Below, piece after piece: positions 1 to 10,834 of a stretch of 64,000 nt of DNA. This DNA is from Vulcanimicrobiota bacterium. Lineage in GTDB: Bacteria > Vulcanimicrobiota > Vulcanimicrobiia > Vulcanimicrobiales > Vulcanimicrobiaceae. Under the pieces are notes generated by a model, which saw only the letters and a program-made list of their open reading frames with translations, was not told where the DNA came from and made no database searches. Position 1 is the first letter of the stretch, and each line of letters opens with the position of its first letter. Location: assembly GCA_963695225.1 (NCBI GenBank), contig OY968762.1:320001-384000 (forward strand), in the 5' to 3' direction. The position numbers and the translations under genes were made by a program.

Positions 1-44
1 AACAGCCTGCGCAAGCCGGCTTATTTGAAGAAGCGGAGAGCTGA
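1..44 (+). CDS. 3' end of an upstream gene (QPAQAGLFEEAES*), possibly the DUF1156 methyltransferase that often accompanies DUF499
   Basis: Open frame ending TGA at 42-44, 3 nt before the DUF499 ATG; identity from context only. Confidence 0.3.
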   Translation, partial: QPAQAGLFEEAES

Positions 45-47
45 TTC

Positions 48-3000
48 ATGGCCGTAACCAACCAAGAGCGCGTAGGCAAGGCGATGGAGCTGCTCCGAGC
101 GGGGCTCGCACCTTTCGTCGAGCGCGAAGTGCAGTCTGCCATCAAGGCTGGAACCGTTCGCATGGACGCGGTGCGCCGTTTTGCTGAAGACCCGATCCTA
201 AGCAACAAGCCGATCGAGCAATGGGACGTTGCTGGCCTACTGAAGCTAATGTGGGAAACCTGGAACGACGTATTCAGGCGCACGTTGGGCTTTGCCGAAC
301 GCAGTTTGGTAAGCGAGTTGCGTGATGTTCGCAACAAATGGGCGCATCAGGAGCCGTTTTCCAGCGATGATACGGACCGCGCCCTCGACTCGATGAATCG
401 CCTGCTGGCGGCCATCTCCGCGCCACAAGCCGACGAGGTCGGCAAGATGAAGATGGAATTGCGCCGCCTTGTTTTCGACGAGCAGGTACGGTCTGAAAAG
501 CGCAGGGTCGGGGGCTCGCTGATCGAGCCGGCGTCGGCCGGCAACTTAAGACCGTGGCGCGAAGTCGTAACCCCGCACGCCGACGTTGCCAGTGGTGGAT
601 ATCAGCAGGCCGAGTTCGCGGCCGACCTCTGGCAAGTACATCTCGGCGAGGGGAGCGACGAATACCGGAAACCAGCCGAGTTCTTCCGTCGTACCTTCTT
701 GACGGAAAGCCTTGCGCGGCTGCTGGTCGGCGCAGTGCAGCGGCTTTCCGGCCGAGGCGGCGACCCCGTAGTGCAACTCCAAACGAACTTCGGCGGCGGC
801 AAGACGCACTCAATGCTAGCGCTGTATCACCTCTTTGGCGGCGCTGCGCCGGGCGAAATGCCAGGCATCGACGCGGTGCTCGGCGAGGCGGGCGTAAAGG
901 CCCTACCCAAAGCCAAGCGAGTCGTGCTTGTTGGCAACAAGATCTCTCCGGGCAATCCCGTCAAGAAACCCGACGGCACGATCGTGCGCACGCTCTGGGG
1001 GGAGCTTGCCTATCAACTGGGCGGCAAAGAGGCTTTCGCGCGAATAGCCAAGGACGACGAGAGCGCGACGAACCCAGGCGACCTGCTGCGCGAATTGTTT
1101 GTAGAGTATGGCCCTTGTCTCGTGCTGGTGGACGAATGGGTCGCCTATGCGCGCCAGCTTCACGATCAAAGTGACCTACCGGCTGGTGGATTCGAGACGC
1201 AGTTCACCTTCGCGCAGGCGCTGACTGAATCGGCGAAGCTTGCCAAGAACTGCCTTCTCGTTATCTCGTTGCCGGCGTCAGATACAACTGGGTCGCCCCA
1301 CACGCAAGCCGACGACGTGGAAGTCGGAGGCGTTCGGGGGCGCGAGGCGCTTGATCGCCTCCGAAACGTCGTGGGACGTGTCGAGGCGTCGTGGCGACCA
1401 GCTACCGCAGAAGAAGGTTTCGAAATCGTCCGGCGCCGCCTGTTCGAGTCGATGGCCGCCGAGATGTTCAAACAGCGCGATCTCACTGCGCGCGCCTTCG
1501 GCGATCTCTATCAAGCGCAGGCTGCGGAGTTTCCGCCGGAATGCCGCAGCGCGGACTACGAGAAACGAATTAAAGCTGCCTATCCCATCCATCCGGAGAT
1601 ATTCGACCGCCTCTACACGGATTGGTCGACGCTCGTAAAGTTTCAGCGCACCCGTGGCGTTCTGCGACTGATGGCCGCCGTGATCCACAGCCTGTGGGAG
1701 AAGGGCGACCGCAGCCCGCTGATTATGCCTTCGACGATTCCGATTGATGATCCACGCATACAGTTCGAGCTCACGAGGTATCTCTCTGATAACTGGGTGC
1801 CGATCATCGAAAAGGACGTTGACGGCCCCAACTCGTTGCCGCTGCGGATCGACGCCGAAGTGCCGAATCTTGGTAAGCTGTCAGCGACGCGACGCGTAGC
1901 GCGCACGATCTACCTCGGCTCCGCACCCACCGCAACCGCAGCCCATCGAGGCCTAGAAGACCGCCGGGTGAAGCTCGGCTGCGTTATGCCGGGAGAACCG
2001 CCGGCGGTTTTCGGTGATGCGTTGCGACGTCTTGCAGCTGCCGCCACTTATCTCTACCAGGATGGCCCACGGGTTTGGTACTCTACGCAGCCGACCGTCA
2101 CGAAGCTGGCGGAAGACCGCGCCGAGCAGTTGAAGCGCGATCCCGACAAAGTTGGCGCTGAGCTCGACCTGCGCGTTCGCAATGATCTGAAGCGAAGCGG
2201 CGACTTTTCACGCATCCACGCTCTTCCGCGATCTGGCGCCGACGTGCCTGACGATCTCGATGCGCGTCTCGTTGTGCTGCCGGCCGAGTTTCCGTACAGT
2301 AAAGATAGTGGGAACTCAGCCGAGTCGGCTGCGAAAGCAGTCCTCGAAGCACGTGGAAACACGCCGCGCCTCTATCAGAACACTCTTGTGTTCCTCGCCG
2401 CCGACAAGGTGCGACTTCAGGACCTCGACGAGGCCTTGCGCAGATTCCTGGCCTGGTCTTCCATCGTGGCCGAGACGGTTACGCTTAATCTCGACCCACA
2501 CCAAGCTCGCCAGGCGGAGGTGCAAAAGAAGACGGCGGATGACACGGTGAACGCACGGTTGCCGGAAACGTATCAGTGGCTCCTTGTGCCCGAGCAATCC
2601 ACACCGCAGTCTCCCGTCACGTGGCAGGCGTTGCGGCTAACGGGCGGCGATGCGCTCGCGGCTCGCGCCAGCAAGAAGGTTCGCAGCGACGAACTGCTGA
2701 TCTCAAGCCTCGGCTCCACAATCCTGCGCAAGCACCTGGATGACGTCCCATTGTGGCGTGGCGACTCCGTGGCAGTTAAGCAACTCGTGGACGATTTCGC
2801 TCGTTACCTGTACCTTCCGCGCCTTGCCGGGCCCGAGGTTCTCGCCCGTGCGATCGCTGATGGCGTTGCCCTTCTCACTTGGCGCACGGATACGTTCGGC
2901 TACGCGGAAAGCTATGTTGACGCAGCCGGGCGATATCGGGGGCTGCGAGGCGGCCTCGCCATGAACATTCTGCCCGACAACCCTGGGGTACTGGTCAAAC

Positions 3001-3371
3001 CGGACATCGCGGCCCGACAGCTGGACGCCGAGACTCCGCGACCCAGCATTTCACCGATAATACCGAAGCCCGAAGGGCCGGTGCCTGGAGGTGCAGCTGA
3101 AGGCGGTGTAGCGACAGAGATCTCCTCGGCCAAGCAGCTCAAGAGATTTCATGGCTCGGTGCAGGTCGATTCCACGCGAGTCGGGCGCGACGCTGGACGA
3201 ATCGCCGACGAGGTTATCGCGCATCTCGTGGGTCAAGTGGGCGCAGAGGTTAAGGTGAGCATCGAAATCGAGGCTTGGCTCCCAAACGGGGCGAGCGATC
3301 ACCTAGTGCGTACCGTTACTGAGAATAGCCGGACTCTTAAGTTTGACGCGCATGGGTTCGAAATTGAATGA
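48..3371 (+). CDS. DUF499-family AAA+ ATPase with N-terminal Swt1-like HEPN domain (restriction/BREX-related defence ATPase)
   Basis: RNKWAH HEPN-like motif; LRPWREVVTPH..V...EFAADL; Walker A QTNFGGGKTH; Walker B LVLVDE; AYPIHPE and FQRTRGVLR motifs. Confidence 0.9.
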   Translation: MAVTNQERVGKAMELLRAGLAPFVEREVQSAIKAGTVRMDAVRRFAEDPILSNKPIEQWDVAGLLKLMWETWNDVFRRTLGFAERSLVSELRDVRNKWAHQEPFSSDDTDRALDSMNRLLAAISAPQADEVGKMKMELRRLVFDEQVRSEKRRVGGSLIEPASAGNLRPWREVVTPHADVASGGYQQAEFAADLWQVHLGEGSDEYRKPAEFFRRTFLTESLARLLVGAVQRLSGRGGDPVVQLQTNFGGGKTHSMLALYHLFGGAAPGEMPGIDAVLGEAGVKALPKAKRVVLVGNKISPGNPVKKPDGTIVRTLWGELAYQLGGKEAFARIAKDDESATNPGDLLRELFVEYGPCLVLVDEWVAYARQLHDQSDLPAGGFETQFTFAQALTESAKLAKNCLLVISLPASDTTGSPHTQADDVEVGGVRGREALDRLRNVVGRVEASWRPATAEEGFEIVRRRLFESMAAEMFKQRDLTARAFGDLYQAQAAEFPPECRSADYEKRIKAAYPIHPEIFDRLYTDWSTLVKFQRTRGVLRLMAAVIHSLWEKGDRSPLIMPSTIPIDDPRIQFELTRYLSDNWVPIIEKDVDGPNSLPLRIDAEVPNLGKLSATRRVARTIYLGSAPTATAAHRGLEDRRVKLGCVMPGEPPAVFGDALRRLAAAATYLYQDGPRVWYSTQPTVTKLAEDRAEQLKRDPDKVGAELDLRVRNDLKRSGDFSRIHALPRSGADVPDDLDARLVVLPAEFPYSKDSGNSAESAAKAVLEARGNTPRLYQNTLVFLAADKVRLQDLDEALRRFLAWSSIVAETVTLNLDPHQARQAEVQKKTADDTVNARLPETYQWLLVPEQSTPQSPVTWQALRLTGGDALAARASKKVRSDELLISSLGSTILRKHLDDVPLWRGDSVAVKQLVDDFARYLYLPRLAGPEVLARAIADGVALLTWRTDTFGYAESYVDAAGRYRGLRGGLAMNILPDNPGVLVKPDIAARQLDAETPRPSISPIIPKPEGPVPGGAAEGGVATEISSAKQLKRFHGSVQVDSTRVGRDAGRIADEVIAHLVGQVGAEVKVSIEIEAWLPNGASDHLVRTVTENSRTLKFDAHGFEIE

Positions 3372-3729
3372 GGGCTCTAACAAGCGCTGGCTGCGACCGC
3401 ACTACGGCGCGACGGGGCTTCCCGTTGCCATTCGCAAACGCCTTAGCCGCTGCATAGAACTTGCCGTTTTTGGTCGGTGCGCCCGAAGGAAGATGCTTTG
3501 CTTGGTCCACGGACTTCGGATCGACACCGACGCTTCCCGGCACATCGTGTCCGTGGTGAATGATTGTGCTGCCGTCGTCGAGTGCTTCATCCTCGTCCGG
3601 CGCATTGTTCCGAAGGGACATTAGGATGACGGAATGCCTACCCAGGACCTGGTAGTTCATCCCTCGCTGAAGATTCAGCCCTTCACGACTGCACAATTCG
3701 GAATGCGAAATGAGATCAAGGAAATCCAT
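3337..3729 (-). pseudogene. Truncated N-terminal (SRA/PUA-like) domain of an HNH restriction-type endonuclease
   Basis: LQRGMNY..HSVILMS..NAP..D..DDGSTII..GHD..DPKSVDQ..NGKF matches a recalled HNH family; similarity ends near 3410 and there is no HNH domain. Confidence 0.55.
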
Positions 3730-3842
3730 CGAGCCCCTCGTTTGCTCATTCATCGTTGCCTACGTCTGGTTTTCGTGTAACCGTATGCCAAGCTATCGCC
3801 AAAAGCAACTCAGGTTCACTGTGGTTGAGGATCTTAAGGTGC

Positions 3843-4466
3843 TCACGCCGGCATTCTACTTTGCTCACGATAGTTCGGGCAATCGAGCAGTCTCAGGAAG
3901 CGGCGAAATGATCTGGAGTTTCGTGCCATGGTCAGCGGATCAGCTATCTTAAGAAGTCTCGCAGCGTCAGCGACCTTATCGTACTGCCGGTTCTGATTCC
4001 TTGCGCTTGCTGCAGCCTTTAGCACCCGAGTTGCGTCTGCGTTATCAGCGCTGCCCGTTAGCGTTCTAATTGCTGCTTTGGAGAGCGGTCCCAGCACCTG
4101 CTGTAGCGCCTCTGGATCGGCGGCAAGCCAATTCTCAAACTGGTTCACCTTAATAACGGCGCTAACGGAGCACGGTAGCGAGAATGTGAGGCCCTCGAGT
4201 CTCGCTGTGAGTTCTGCAGCCCACGCGACGCAGCAGCAATCGCGACCATCCAGGTCGAGAAGAACGATAACGTGGCGAGCACCCTTACGCAGAAGCGAAT
4301 CCTGCACCGTCTTCCGCACACGGGCGGCCAATTGGCCGGCTGGTGCATGTGGCTGCAGGTCGGCCTTTGCAATCCCGACGAGCTGATGAGGCACTTTGAT
4401 TCGAGGGACAAGAAGAGGAAGCGCGTGATATTCCGATACACCGTCCACGATTAGCCCTGTGCCCAT
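3843..4466 (-). CDS. DUF4276-like (TOPRIM/RloB-related) protein
   Basis: GLIVDGVSE, IVLLDLD, FENWLAAD, YDKVAD and NSRSFRRF motifs; ATG 1 nt after the ATPase stop. Confidence 0.8.
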   Translation of the reverse strand: MGTGLIVDGVSEYHALPLLVPRIKVPHQLVGIAKADLQPHAPAGQLAARVRKTVQDSLLRKGARHVIVLLDLDGRDCCCVAWAAELTARLEGLTFSLPCSVSAVIKVNQFENWLAADPEALQQVLGPLSKAAIRTLTGSADNADATRVLKAAASARNQNRQYDKVADAARLLKIADPLTMARNSRSFRRFLRLLDCPNYREQSRMPA

Positions 4467-4467
4467 T

Positions 4468-5778
4468 CTATTGAGAATCCTTCTCCAAGAGCTCTGGCTG
4501 CGGCGGAACTGCGACACCTAGGACACCGCTGTCTAGGAATCCAAATGTGGTCGCCTCGCCATTCGCCCAGGCTGGCAAAAAGCTAGGATCTAACTCGTTC
4601 AGCGGCTTAATGTTGGTTTCGCCGGATGACCGCCAGATGATCATGACGTTTGCCGGGTCGACGTGGTCAATAACTATGGGTGAGTGGGTTGTTAAGATCA
4701 CCTGCTTCATCTTAGAGACGCGAGTACACGCGTCGACAAGGACACGAACTATCCAAGGATGCACAGAATTCTCTGGCTCCTCTAAGAAAATCACACTCGA
4801 GCCGGGATCAAACATTGCTACAAAGAGGGCCAGAGCTTGCACGGTGCCGTCAGAGATTTCGTCGACTGACCATGGCCTGCCAACGTTTCGCTCGTGAAAT
4901 GAGAGGCCGAGCCGGCGAGACGGAGTGTAAGATACCTCGATCTCGTCAAGACTCGGTAGAATTGCTTGCATTAGGCTCACGATCTCACGCCACGCAGCCT
5001 TATGTCTCTTCTGCAGCGTGTCGATGACAGCCGGAAGGTTTCCGCCATGTTTGCTAAGTTGAGGCTTCGGCCCCGGAACACCCTCATCACGCGAGATGTT
5101 CGGGTGAATTTGGAAGACTCTAATTTCGCCCATTACATTAGAGAAAGCAATCAGCGGCAGCGCGAAGCGACCGAGCGTTGTAATGAACAGCTCGGAACTG
5201 TTGAGAATACGGTCCGAGCGAGATGCAAAGTACTGGACATCTTGCACGTCAAGAAGCTGAGATCGTACGACGCGATCCGGCCGCTTCTTGATATCCGGCC
5301 GTTTTTTGATATAGTCGATAACGATCTTATCCTCAGAGCGATGTGCTCTAAGAAGGGGCGTATTCTTCTCTTCGAACTCATGTGAGATTTCAAGACTCTC
5401 GCTAACCACGTAGTATTCGGCTCGAATTGCAGCTCCCTTAGCAAGAAAGCTAAAGGAATGAACTATTGTAACCCAATCGCCGTTATCGGGTCGAATTGCC
5501 CGGGGAATATCATTCGATTCGAGGCGTACAGAGACGGTGAATTCAATTGGCCGCTTGGTGCGCCTCATTTTGCGGTGCGCGATGTTCTCGTAGCCACCCT
5601 TCGACGCTACGGCGATTTCGAGTCCGAAGCGATAGACGACCGCAAGAAACTCAAAGCAGTCACTTAAGTTCGTCTTGCCAGATGCATTTGGCCCTGCAAA
5701 GACTGTGAACTGCTTTGGCGAGAACTCGACGTCTCGTAAGGATTTATAGTTGCTGATCTTAAGGTGCTGAAGTTGAAT
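4468..5778 (-). CDS. AAA_21/ABC-type ATPase, partner of the DUF4276 protein; probable non-canonical ATT start
   Basis: The frame upstream of the listed Met (5568) encodes IQLQHLKISNYKSLRDVEF..FAGPNASGKTN (Walker A); also ISDGT signature, LEEPEN Walker B and TTHSP. Confidence 0.85.
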   Translation of the reverse strand: MQLQHLKISNYKSLRDVEFSPKQFTVFAGPNASGKTNLSDCFEFLAVVYRFGLEIAVASKGGYENIAHRKMRRTKRPIEFTVSVRLESNDIPRAIRPDNGDWVTIVHSFSFLAKGAAIRAEYYVVSESLEISHEFEEKNTPLLRAHRSEDKIVIDYIKKRPDIKKRPDRVVRSQLLDVQDVQYFASRSDRILNSSELFITTLGRFALPLIAFSNVMGEIRVFQIHPNISRDEGVPGPKPQLSKHGGNLPAVIDTLQKRHKAAWREIVSLMQAILPSLDEIEVSYTPSRRLGLSFHERNVGRPWSVDEISDGTVQALALFVAMFDPGSSVIFLEEPENSVHPWIVRVLVDACTRVSKMKQVILTTHSPIVIDHVDPANVMIIWRSSGETNIKPLNELDPSFLPAWANGEATTFGFLDSGVLGVAVPPQPELLEKDSQ

Positions 5779-6195
5779 GATAGCCTCACTTCAAGCCGGT
5801 CTTAGGCTCAGAGGAGCTCTGGCATGTTGCTTTTGGAAACGTGAGGGAAACGCCGCGAGTGTGAGTATCTGCGCTTCTGCGCGAGTTATCGCAGATCTGC
5901 CGTTCAATCCTGCGCTGGCCGGGTCGCTAATGCCGTGTTGGCGACGTAGATTGACCCGACATGTCGCCGCGCAACGCTCAGCGGATCGGTGACCCCCGTC
6001 TTAAGCGCGCCTTCTCAAGCCCCCGCACCCGTGCGCTCGCAAGCACTTTCTTGAGAACGCCGTCGAGCAGGGCCCGTGTGGTCGTGTGGTGAGTCCCTCG
6101 ATCCACACCGCGGGGAAGGCCCCAACTCAAGAGCGTGCGCCGGTGATCGATGCCCGGCAGTCGTCGAAGCACTCTACGCGTCGGCGAATCTTAGG

Positions 6196-8074
6196 CTAGT
6201 CCGCGTTGCACTTCAGAGGAATGTCCAGCCGAAGCTGCCGGCATCCGGCGGAGATTAGCGCATGGTAGGTAGCGTCGAGATCGGCTAGCGGCGGGACGAA
6301 GATCATCATCCCGTCGCGCCCACGCGTCATGAGGACGCGGTAGCTATTGAGCCTTAGCTGTCGAGCGTCGTGGGCCTTGCTCCGAACGACGGATGTGGCC
6401 CATTCTCTGCCGTTCCACACGAGGTCGGTATCCCAGCCAACGATTGGGAAATCGAGCTCGAGGCCTTGGCACGAGAACTCCGTCGCGACTTCGAGCATCT
6501 GGCAGCACGATTTCAGCGACGACGCGGGTTCGTTATACCAGGGACCGGGACGGAAGCCGCGAGTCGCTTGGAACGATGTGTTCATTCCGAAGAGCGGGAG
6601 ATGCTTCGCCTTCGATGAGCCGAGAAGCCCGAAGCGCCTTTCTTCCTCGCCCTCGTAACGAGCGCGAACGTAGCGCTTCGCTTCCTCAAGATCGCGTGTG
6701 ACATAGAGATCGAATGACGCGCGCTGCATCGAATCGGCGATGGACGCCGCCTCCGAGAGCTGCCCGTCGAGAACATGCTTCACCCAGTCGTGAAGGCCGC
6801 CGGCGGCATGCGATCGCAGCGTCACCTTGAGCTCGAGCGCATCGTCGACGACGACCTTCTGACCACCAAACACGGAAGCCACGTGCTGGGGGCAATGGAT
6901 CGTCCAATCGCCGCCGCTTGCCTTTATGGCGTCGCTCCAGAGCCGAAGGCCGCCCTCCTCGCCCAAGTGGATCTCCTGGCCCTCGCCGATCAGGCCGACG
7001 AGCATCGCCCAATCCGGCGTCCTCATGCCCAGCTTCACGAAGTCCTCGGGCTCCGAGAGTGGGTGCCCCCGTTTGCCCATCACGCGCTCGCTATCCCAGG
7101 CGCGCTGTGCCTCATCGTAGACCCAGATGTGTTCGGTCGGCAGCTTCTTTGAGGCGCCGCCGTAGCGAACGAGAAAACCATGCACGTCTTGAACGAAGAT
7201 CCGATTCTTGAGGGCGTGTTGGAGGACGTCGACCAGCGGGCCGTTGCCGGAGAGAAACACTGCCGGGCCGTTCCGCTTCGTCGTCCGAGAAGCGCGTCAA
7301 GTACACGAACTGAAGGCCAACGAGCGTCTTCCCGGCGCCGGGTACGCCGGTGACGAGCGCGAGGTGACGCTCCCCGTTCCTCTGCGCTTGGCCGGCGATG
7401 CGCTGAAGCGACTCCAGTGCCTCTGGGATTCCGGCACTCGACGCCCGGCGGATCTGCGGCAGTGCCTCATGTTCAAATATCCGGCGAGCAGCGGCGACCA
7501 ATGCCGGCAGAGGCTCGTAGTCGGCTTCGACCCATTGCGAAATGCTTGCCCGCGCGAGTTCGTGATTGTCCGGCACGGACTGAAGATACGAGGCGAGGGT
7601 CTTGCCTCCAAGGATGGTGACGTTATCGACATCCTGTGCGGGCAGGGACGCATCGTCGAGGGCCAGGATCGGCCGGACGTCGAGCTCGTGCGATCCGGCA
7701 TGATATTCGCGGAGATCGCGCGCATACGCGTCGACTTGATCGACGTCGCTCTGCTCGGCGTACTGCCGCCCTTTGAACTCGATCACATGCGCCGCCGGCC
7801 CCGTCAGGAGGACAACGTCCGGCCGCCGCCCGCGTTCCCGTGGTAGTTCGTACTCGAAAACGAGCCCCCAGTGCCGCACGCCCGGCCGTTGTTCGACGAG
7901 CTCATGGCATTCGCGCTTGAGGACCCTGATAGAATCGGCCCACGCCCGGATCTGCCCATCGCCGAGCGGCAGATTGAGATCGTGAATCAGCGCCGAGAAG
8001 TCCTTTTGCAAAGTAGCCGGCGTCTCTGCCAGGAACTCATCGATCGTACCGTACCAGCCGCAACCGTTATTGAT
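6196..8074 (-). pseudogene. DUF2075 (Schlafen-group-3-like) nuclease-helicase, split by a 1-nt frameshift near 7263
   Basis: N half: EYELP..RRPDVVLL..VIEFK and GVPGAGKT; C half: VFLSGNGPLV, YDEAQR, CQGLELD, NSYRVLMTRGRDG; junction cggcccggcagtgttt has one extra base. Confidence 0.8.
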
Positions 8075-8113
8075 TTTGAGTCGACTCCTTAGAAGTTCGA
8101 TAAGATAACGGGT

Positions 8114-10834
8114 CTACCGCGCCGCAAGCTCAGCACCGCTTACGGGGATCATCGGCGCGTTCGCGCCCGCATAGTCCTCCGGCCGGCACGTGAAGATGAC
8201 GATCTGAGCCTGTTCCGCTAGCTCGCGAAGGACCAGGAGCAGCCGCCTGCGGCGCACTTCGTCCGCATGGACGAGCGGGTCGTCGAGGAGCACCGGCATT
8301 CGGCCGAGGCGGTCCGGCGCCGTTAGCAGCGATGCGTAGCCGAGGCGGACCAAGAGCCCGAGCTGGTCGATCGCCCCGAACGAAAGCTCCGTCACGTCGA
8401 TCGGGTGGTGCACGCCGTCGACCTGCAACTGCTCCATCGCGTGATGCTCGCTGATCTGTAGCCCTTCAAGCCTGCGGCCAAAGATGCGCTCGTACCAGGG
8501 ACCGACGCGCGCCAGTACGGGCGCCGCGTAAGCTGCGACGCGCTGATCGTCCGCCGTTTTCACGAGTACGTAGAGCCGCTTGAGGGCCCGTTCCTCCTTC
8601 TGCGCTCGCTCGAGATCACGCCGCACGCGTTCGCGCTGCTCCTCGTACTCGCTCAATTCCGCGCCCGGCGCAGCGTTGCGCTTTGCTTCGAGGCTCGCCC
8701 GGAGCCGCGCGCATTCGCCTTCGGCCTCCCGCGCGAGCTTCGCGAGCGTCTCGGCCTGCGCTTCGACCTCTTCGAGCGCGGCCGCCGGATCGGCGAGTTC
8801 GGCATACGGCGCATAGGCGGCGACTGCCGCCTCCAGCGCTAGCGTCGCAGTCTGATCCTTCTGGTAGGCATCGCTCAACTGAGCGGCGCGCTGCTCGTCG
8901 CTCTCGTTTGCGAGCAGCCGCTTGAGCGTTTCTCGCAGCGGCGTGAGCTTCTGCTCCCGCAGTTGGGCGTATGCCGCCTTGTCATCGTCCGATCGCTTGC
9001 GAGCCACCGATAGCACAAGTGCGCTTCGCTCGAACTCTGCGCGCGCGGCCTCGCGTTTTGCTTCGTTTGCCTGCTCCCTCTCGGAGATCCGCACGCTCAG
9101 CGCGTCGCGGTCGTCATCCGCTCCCGCCTCCGCGAGCAGCGCGTCGATCGTCGTAATCCGAGAGGCGATCGCGCGGGGGTCCGCTCCGCTGAGCCGGTCC
9201 GATCGGGCAGCCTTCAGCTCCTCGATCTCTCGTCTCAACACCGCAGCGCGCTCACGGGCGACGCGCAGTTCGCTGGTGTCGGCAGTCCCGGCGGCCGCCT
9301 CGATCGCGGCGATCCGCTGGTTCGCTTTCGAGAGTTGACTCTGCGCAGCGGCGAGGTCTGCCACGGGCCCGCGGACCTCGATCGCGCCGACGCCCTCGAT
9401 CTCGAGGCGGATCGGGCCGTCTCCGATAAAGCGGGCGGGCTCGCCGGCCGGCGCCGTCTCCTCCCGTTCGATCCCGGCCGCCGTCCAGCGAATCGGAAAC
9501 GCTCGCTCGGGCGTGAAGGTGACGCTCGTGCGCGCCGCCTCCAGTTGCGCTGTGAGGTCCCGGCTGCGTTTGATGAGGCCTTCGAGTTCAGAAATCGTCG
9601 CGTCGTCGATCTCGGGCAGCGCGCCGAGTTCCTCGGCCTTGCTCGCGATGTTCCCGTCGTAAGCCGCGACGTCGAGTTGCTGCCGCGCGAGCTTCTCGCG
9701 CTCCCCGCGCAGCCGTTCGGCGCGATTCGCCTCTTCGAGCCGGCGGCGCCACGCGGCAAGCTCGGTATCTTCGGAGGTCGCCTCGTTCAGCGTGAGCTGC
9801 GCGGCGTCGTGCGCGGCTGTGGCTTCGCGCAATGCCGCTTCGCTCTCGGCCAGCGCCGCCGCGAGTTTGCGTTCGTTGCCTTCCTCCGCGGCGAGCAGCT
9901 CCTGCGTCTCGCCGATTGCGCGCTTGCGCTCGACCGCCTCCGCGTACGCCTTTGCAGCCGCATTGTGTGCCGCCCGCGCGCTGTCGAGCGCGCCTTTCAG
10001 CTTAACGGCGTCCCTGAAGCGCGGACGTTCTGCCTGCACGCGCGCCTGCGCCTCAGCCGCCGCCGCGCTGCGCGCGTCGCTCGAGTCCTCGGCATCGCGC
10101 AGGGCGACCGCAAGCGCTTCCAGCTCGCTGACGCCCGCGGCGCGGCATCTGATCTCCTCATCCAGCTGCCTGAGTTCCTCGGCTAGCGCTGGGCTCGGCG
10201 CGGTTTTCCGCGGTTGGCCGTCGCCTTTGAAGGTCGCGTCATACGCCTTCTTGATCCGCTGCGCGATCTGCGCTTCGCGTTCCGTCTGTCCGGCGGCGCC
10301 GATCGCCTGGCTCAGGCGCGCTTGCGCGCTAGAGTTCAGTGCGAGGTCTTTCTCGTCTCCGAGAATCGGGATCCGCCCCTGCGGCGCGAATAGCAACTGC
10401 GCGAGCCCCAAGTGCCGCCCCTGGAAGCCGCTGAAGGCGCCTTTCCCGGGCGGATCGCCCTCGAAGATCTTGGTGACGAAATCGTCCGCGTCGGCGCCCA
10501 TGAAGGGCGTCGCTTTCCCGGCGGTGTCGAGCGTCGAGAGCTGCGTGCCGCCGCGCGGTCCCCACCATTTTTCGAGGCGGTACTCGACGCCGCCGTGCGC
10601 GAAATCGACGATGACCGTCGGCGCAAGGCCGCTCGTATCCCACGGGGCGAGCGTCTCGATATCCGCGCCGCCCGCGCCCGAGCGGCGGAAGAACGCGTAC
10701 TGCAGCGCCTGGAAGAGCGTCGATTTGCCGGCCTCGTTCGGGCCGTGCACGATCGTCATCCGCTCGTCCAGCGTGAACTCGACGGGGCGGTTGTGGCGGC
10801 GGAAGTGCTTCAGTTCGACGCGTCGCAGAATCAT
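8114..10834 (-). CDS. SMC/SbcC-like coiled-coil ATPase (YhaN/AAA_27 type)
   Basis: MILRRVELKHFRR, Walker A HGPNEAGKSTL, long coiled coil, LSFGAIDQL signature, PVLLDDPLVHAD; ATGA overlap with the upstream nuclease. Confidence 0.9.
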   Translation of the reverse strand: MILRRVELKHFRRHNRPVEFTLDERMTIVHGPNEAGKSTLFQALQYAFFRRSGAGGADIETLAPWDTSGLAPTVIVDFAHGGVEYRLEKWWGPRGGTQLSTLDTAGKATPFMGADADDFVTKIFEGDPPGKGAFSGFQGRHLGLAQLLFAPQGRIPILGDEKDLALNSSAQARLSQAIGAAGQTEREAQIAQRIKKAYDATFKGDGQPRKTAPSPALAEELRQLDEEIRCRAAGVSELEALAVALRDAEDSSDARSAAAAEAQARVQAERPRFRDAVKLKGALDSARAAHNAAAKAYAEAVERKRAIGETQELLAAEEGNERKLAAALAESEAALREATAAHDAAQLTLNEATSEDTELAAWRRRLEEANRAERLRGEREKLARQQLDVAAYDGNIASKAEELGALPEIDDATISELEGLIKRSRDLTAQLEAARTSVTFTPERAFPIRWTAAGIEREETAPAGEPARFIGDGPIRLEIEGVGAIEVRGPVADLAAAQSQLSKANQRIAAIEAAAGTADTSELRVARERAAVLRREIEELKAARSDRLSGADPRAIASRITTIDALLAEAGADDDRDALSVRISEREQANEAKREAARAEFERSALVLSVARKRSDDDKAAYAQLREQKLTPLRETLKRLLANESDEQRAAQLSDAYQKDQTATLALEAAVAAYAPYAELADPAAALEEVEAQAETLAKLAREAEGECARLRASLEAKRNAAPGAELSEYEEQRERVRRDLERAQKEERALKRLYVLVKTADDQRVAAYAAPVLARVGPWYERIFGRRLEGLQISEHHAMEQLQVDGVHHPIDVTELSFGAIDQLGLLVRLGYASLLTAPDRLGRMPVLLDDPLVHADEVRRRRLLLVLRELAEQAQIVIFTCRPEDYAGANAPMIPVSGAELAAR

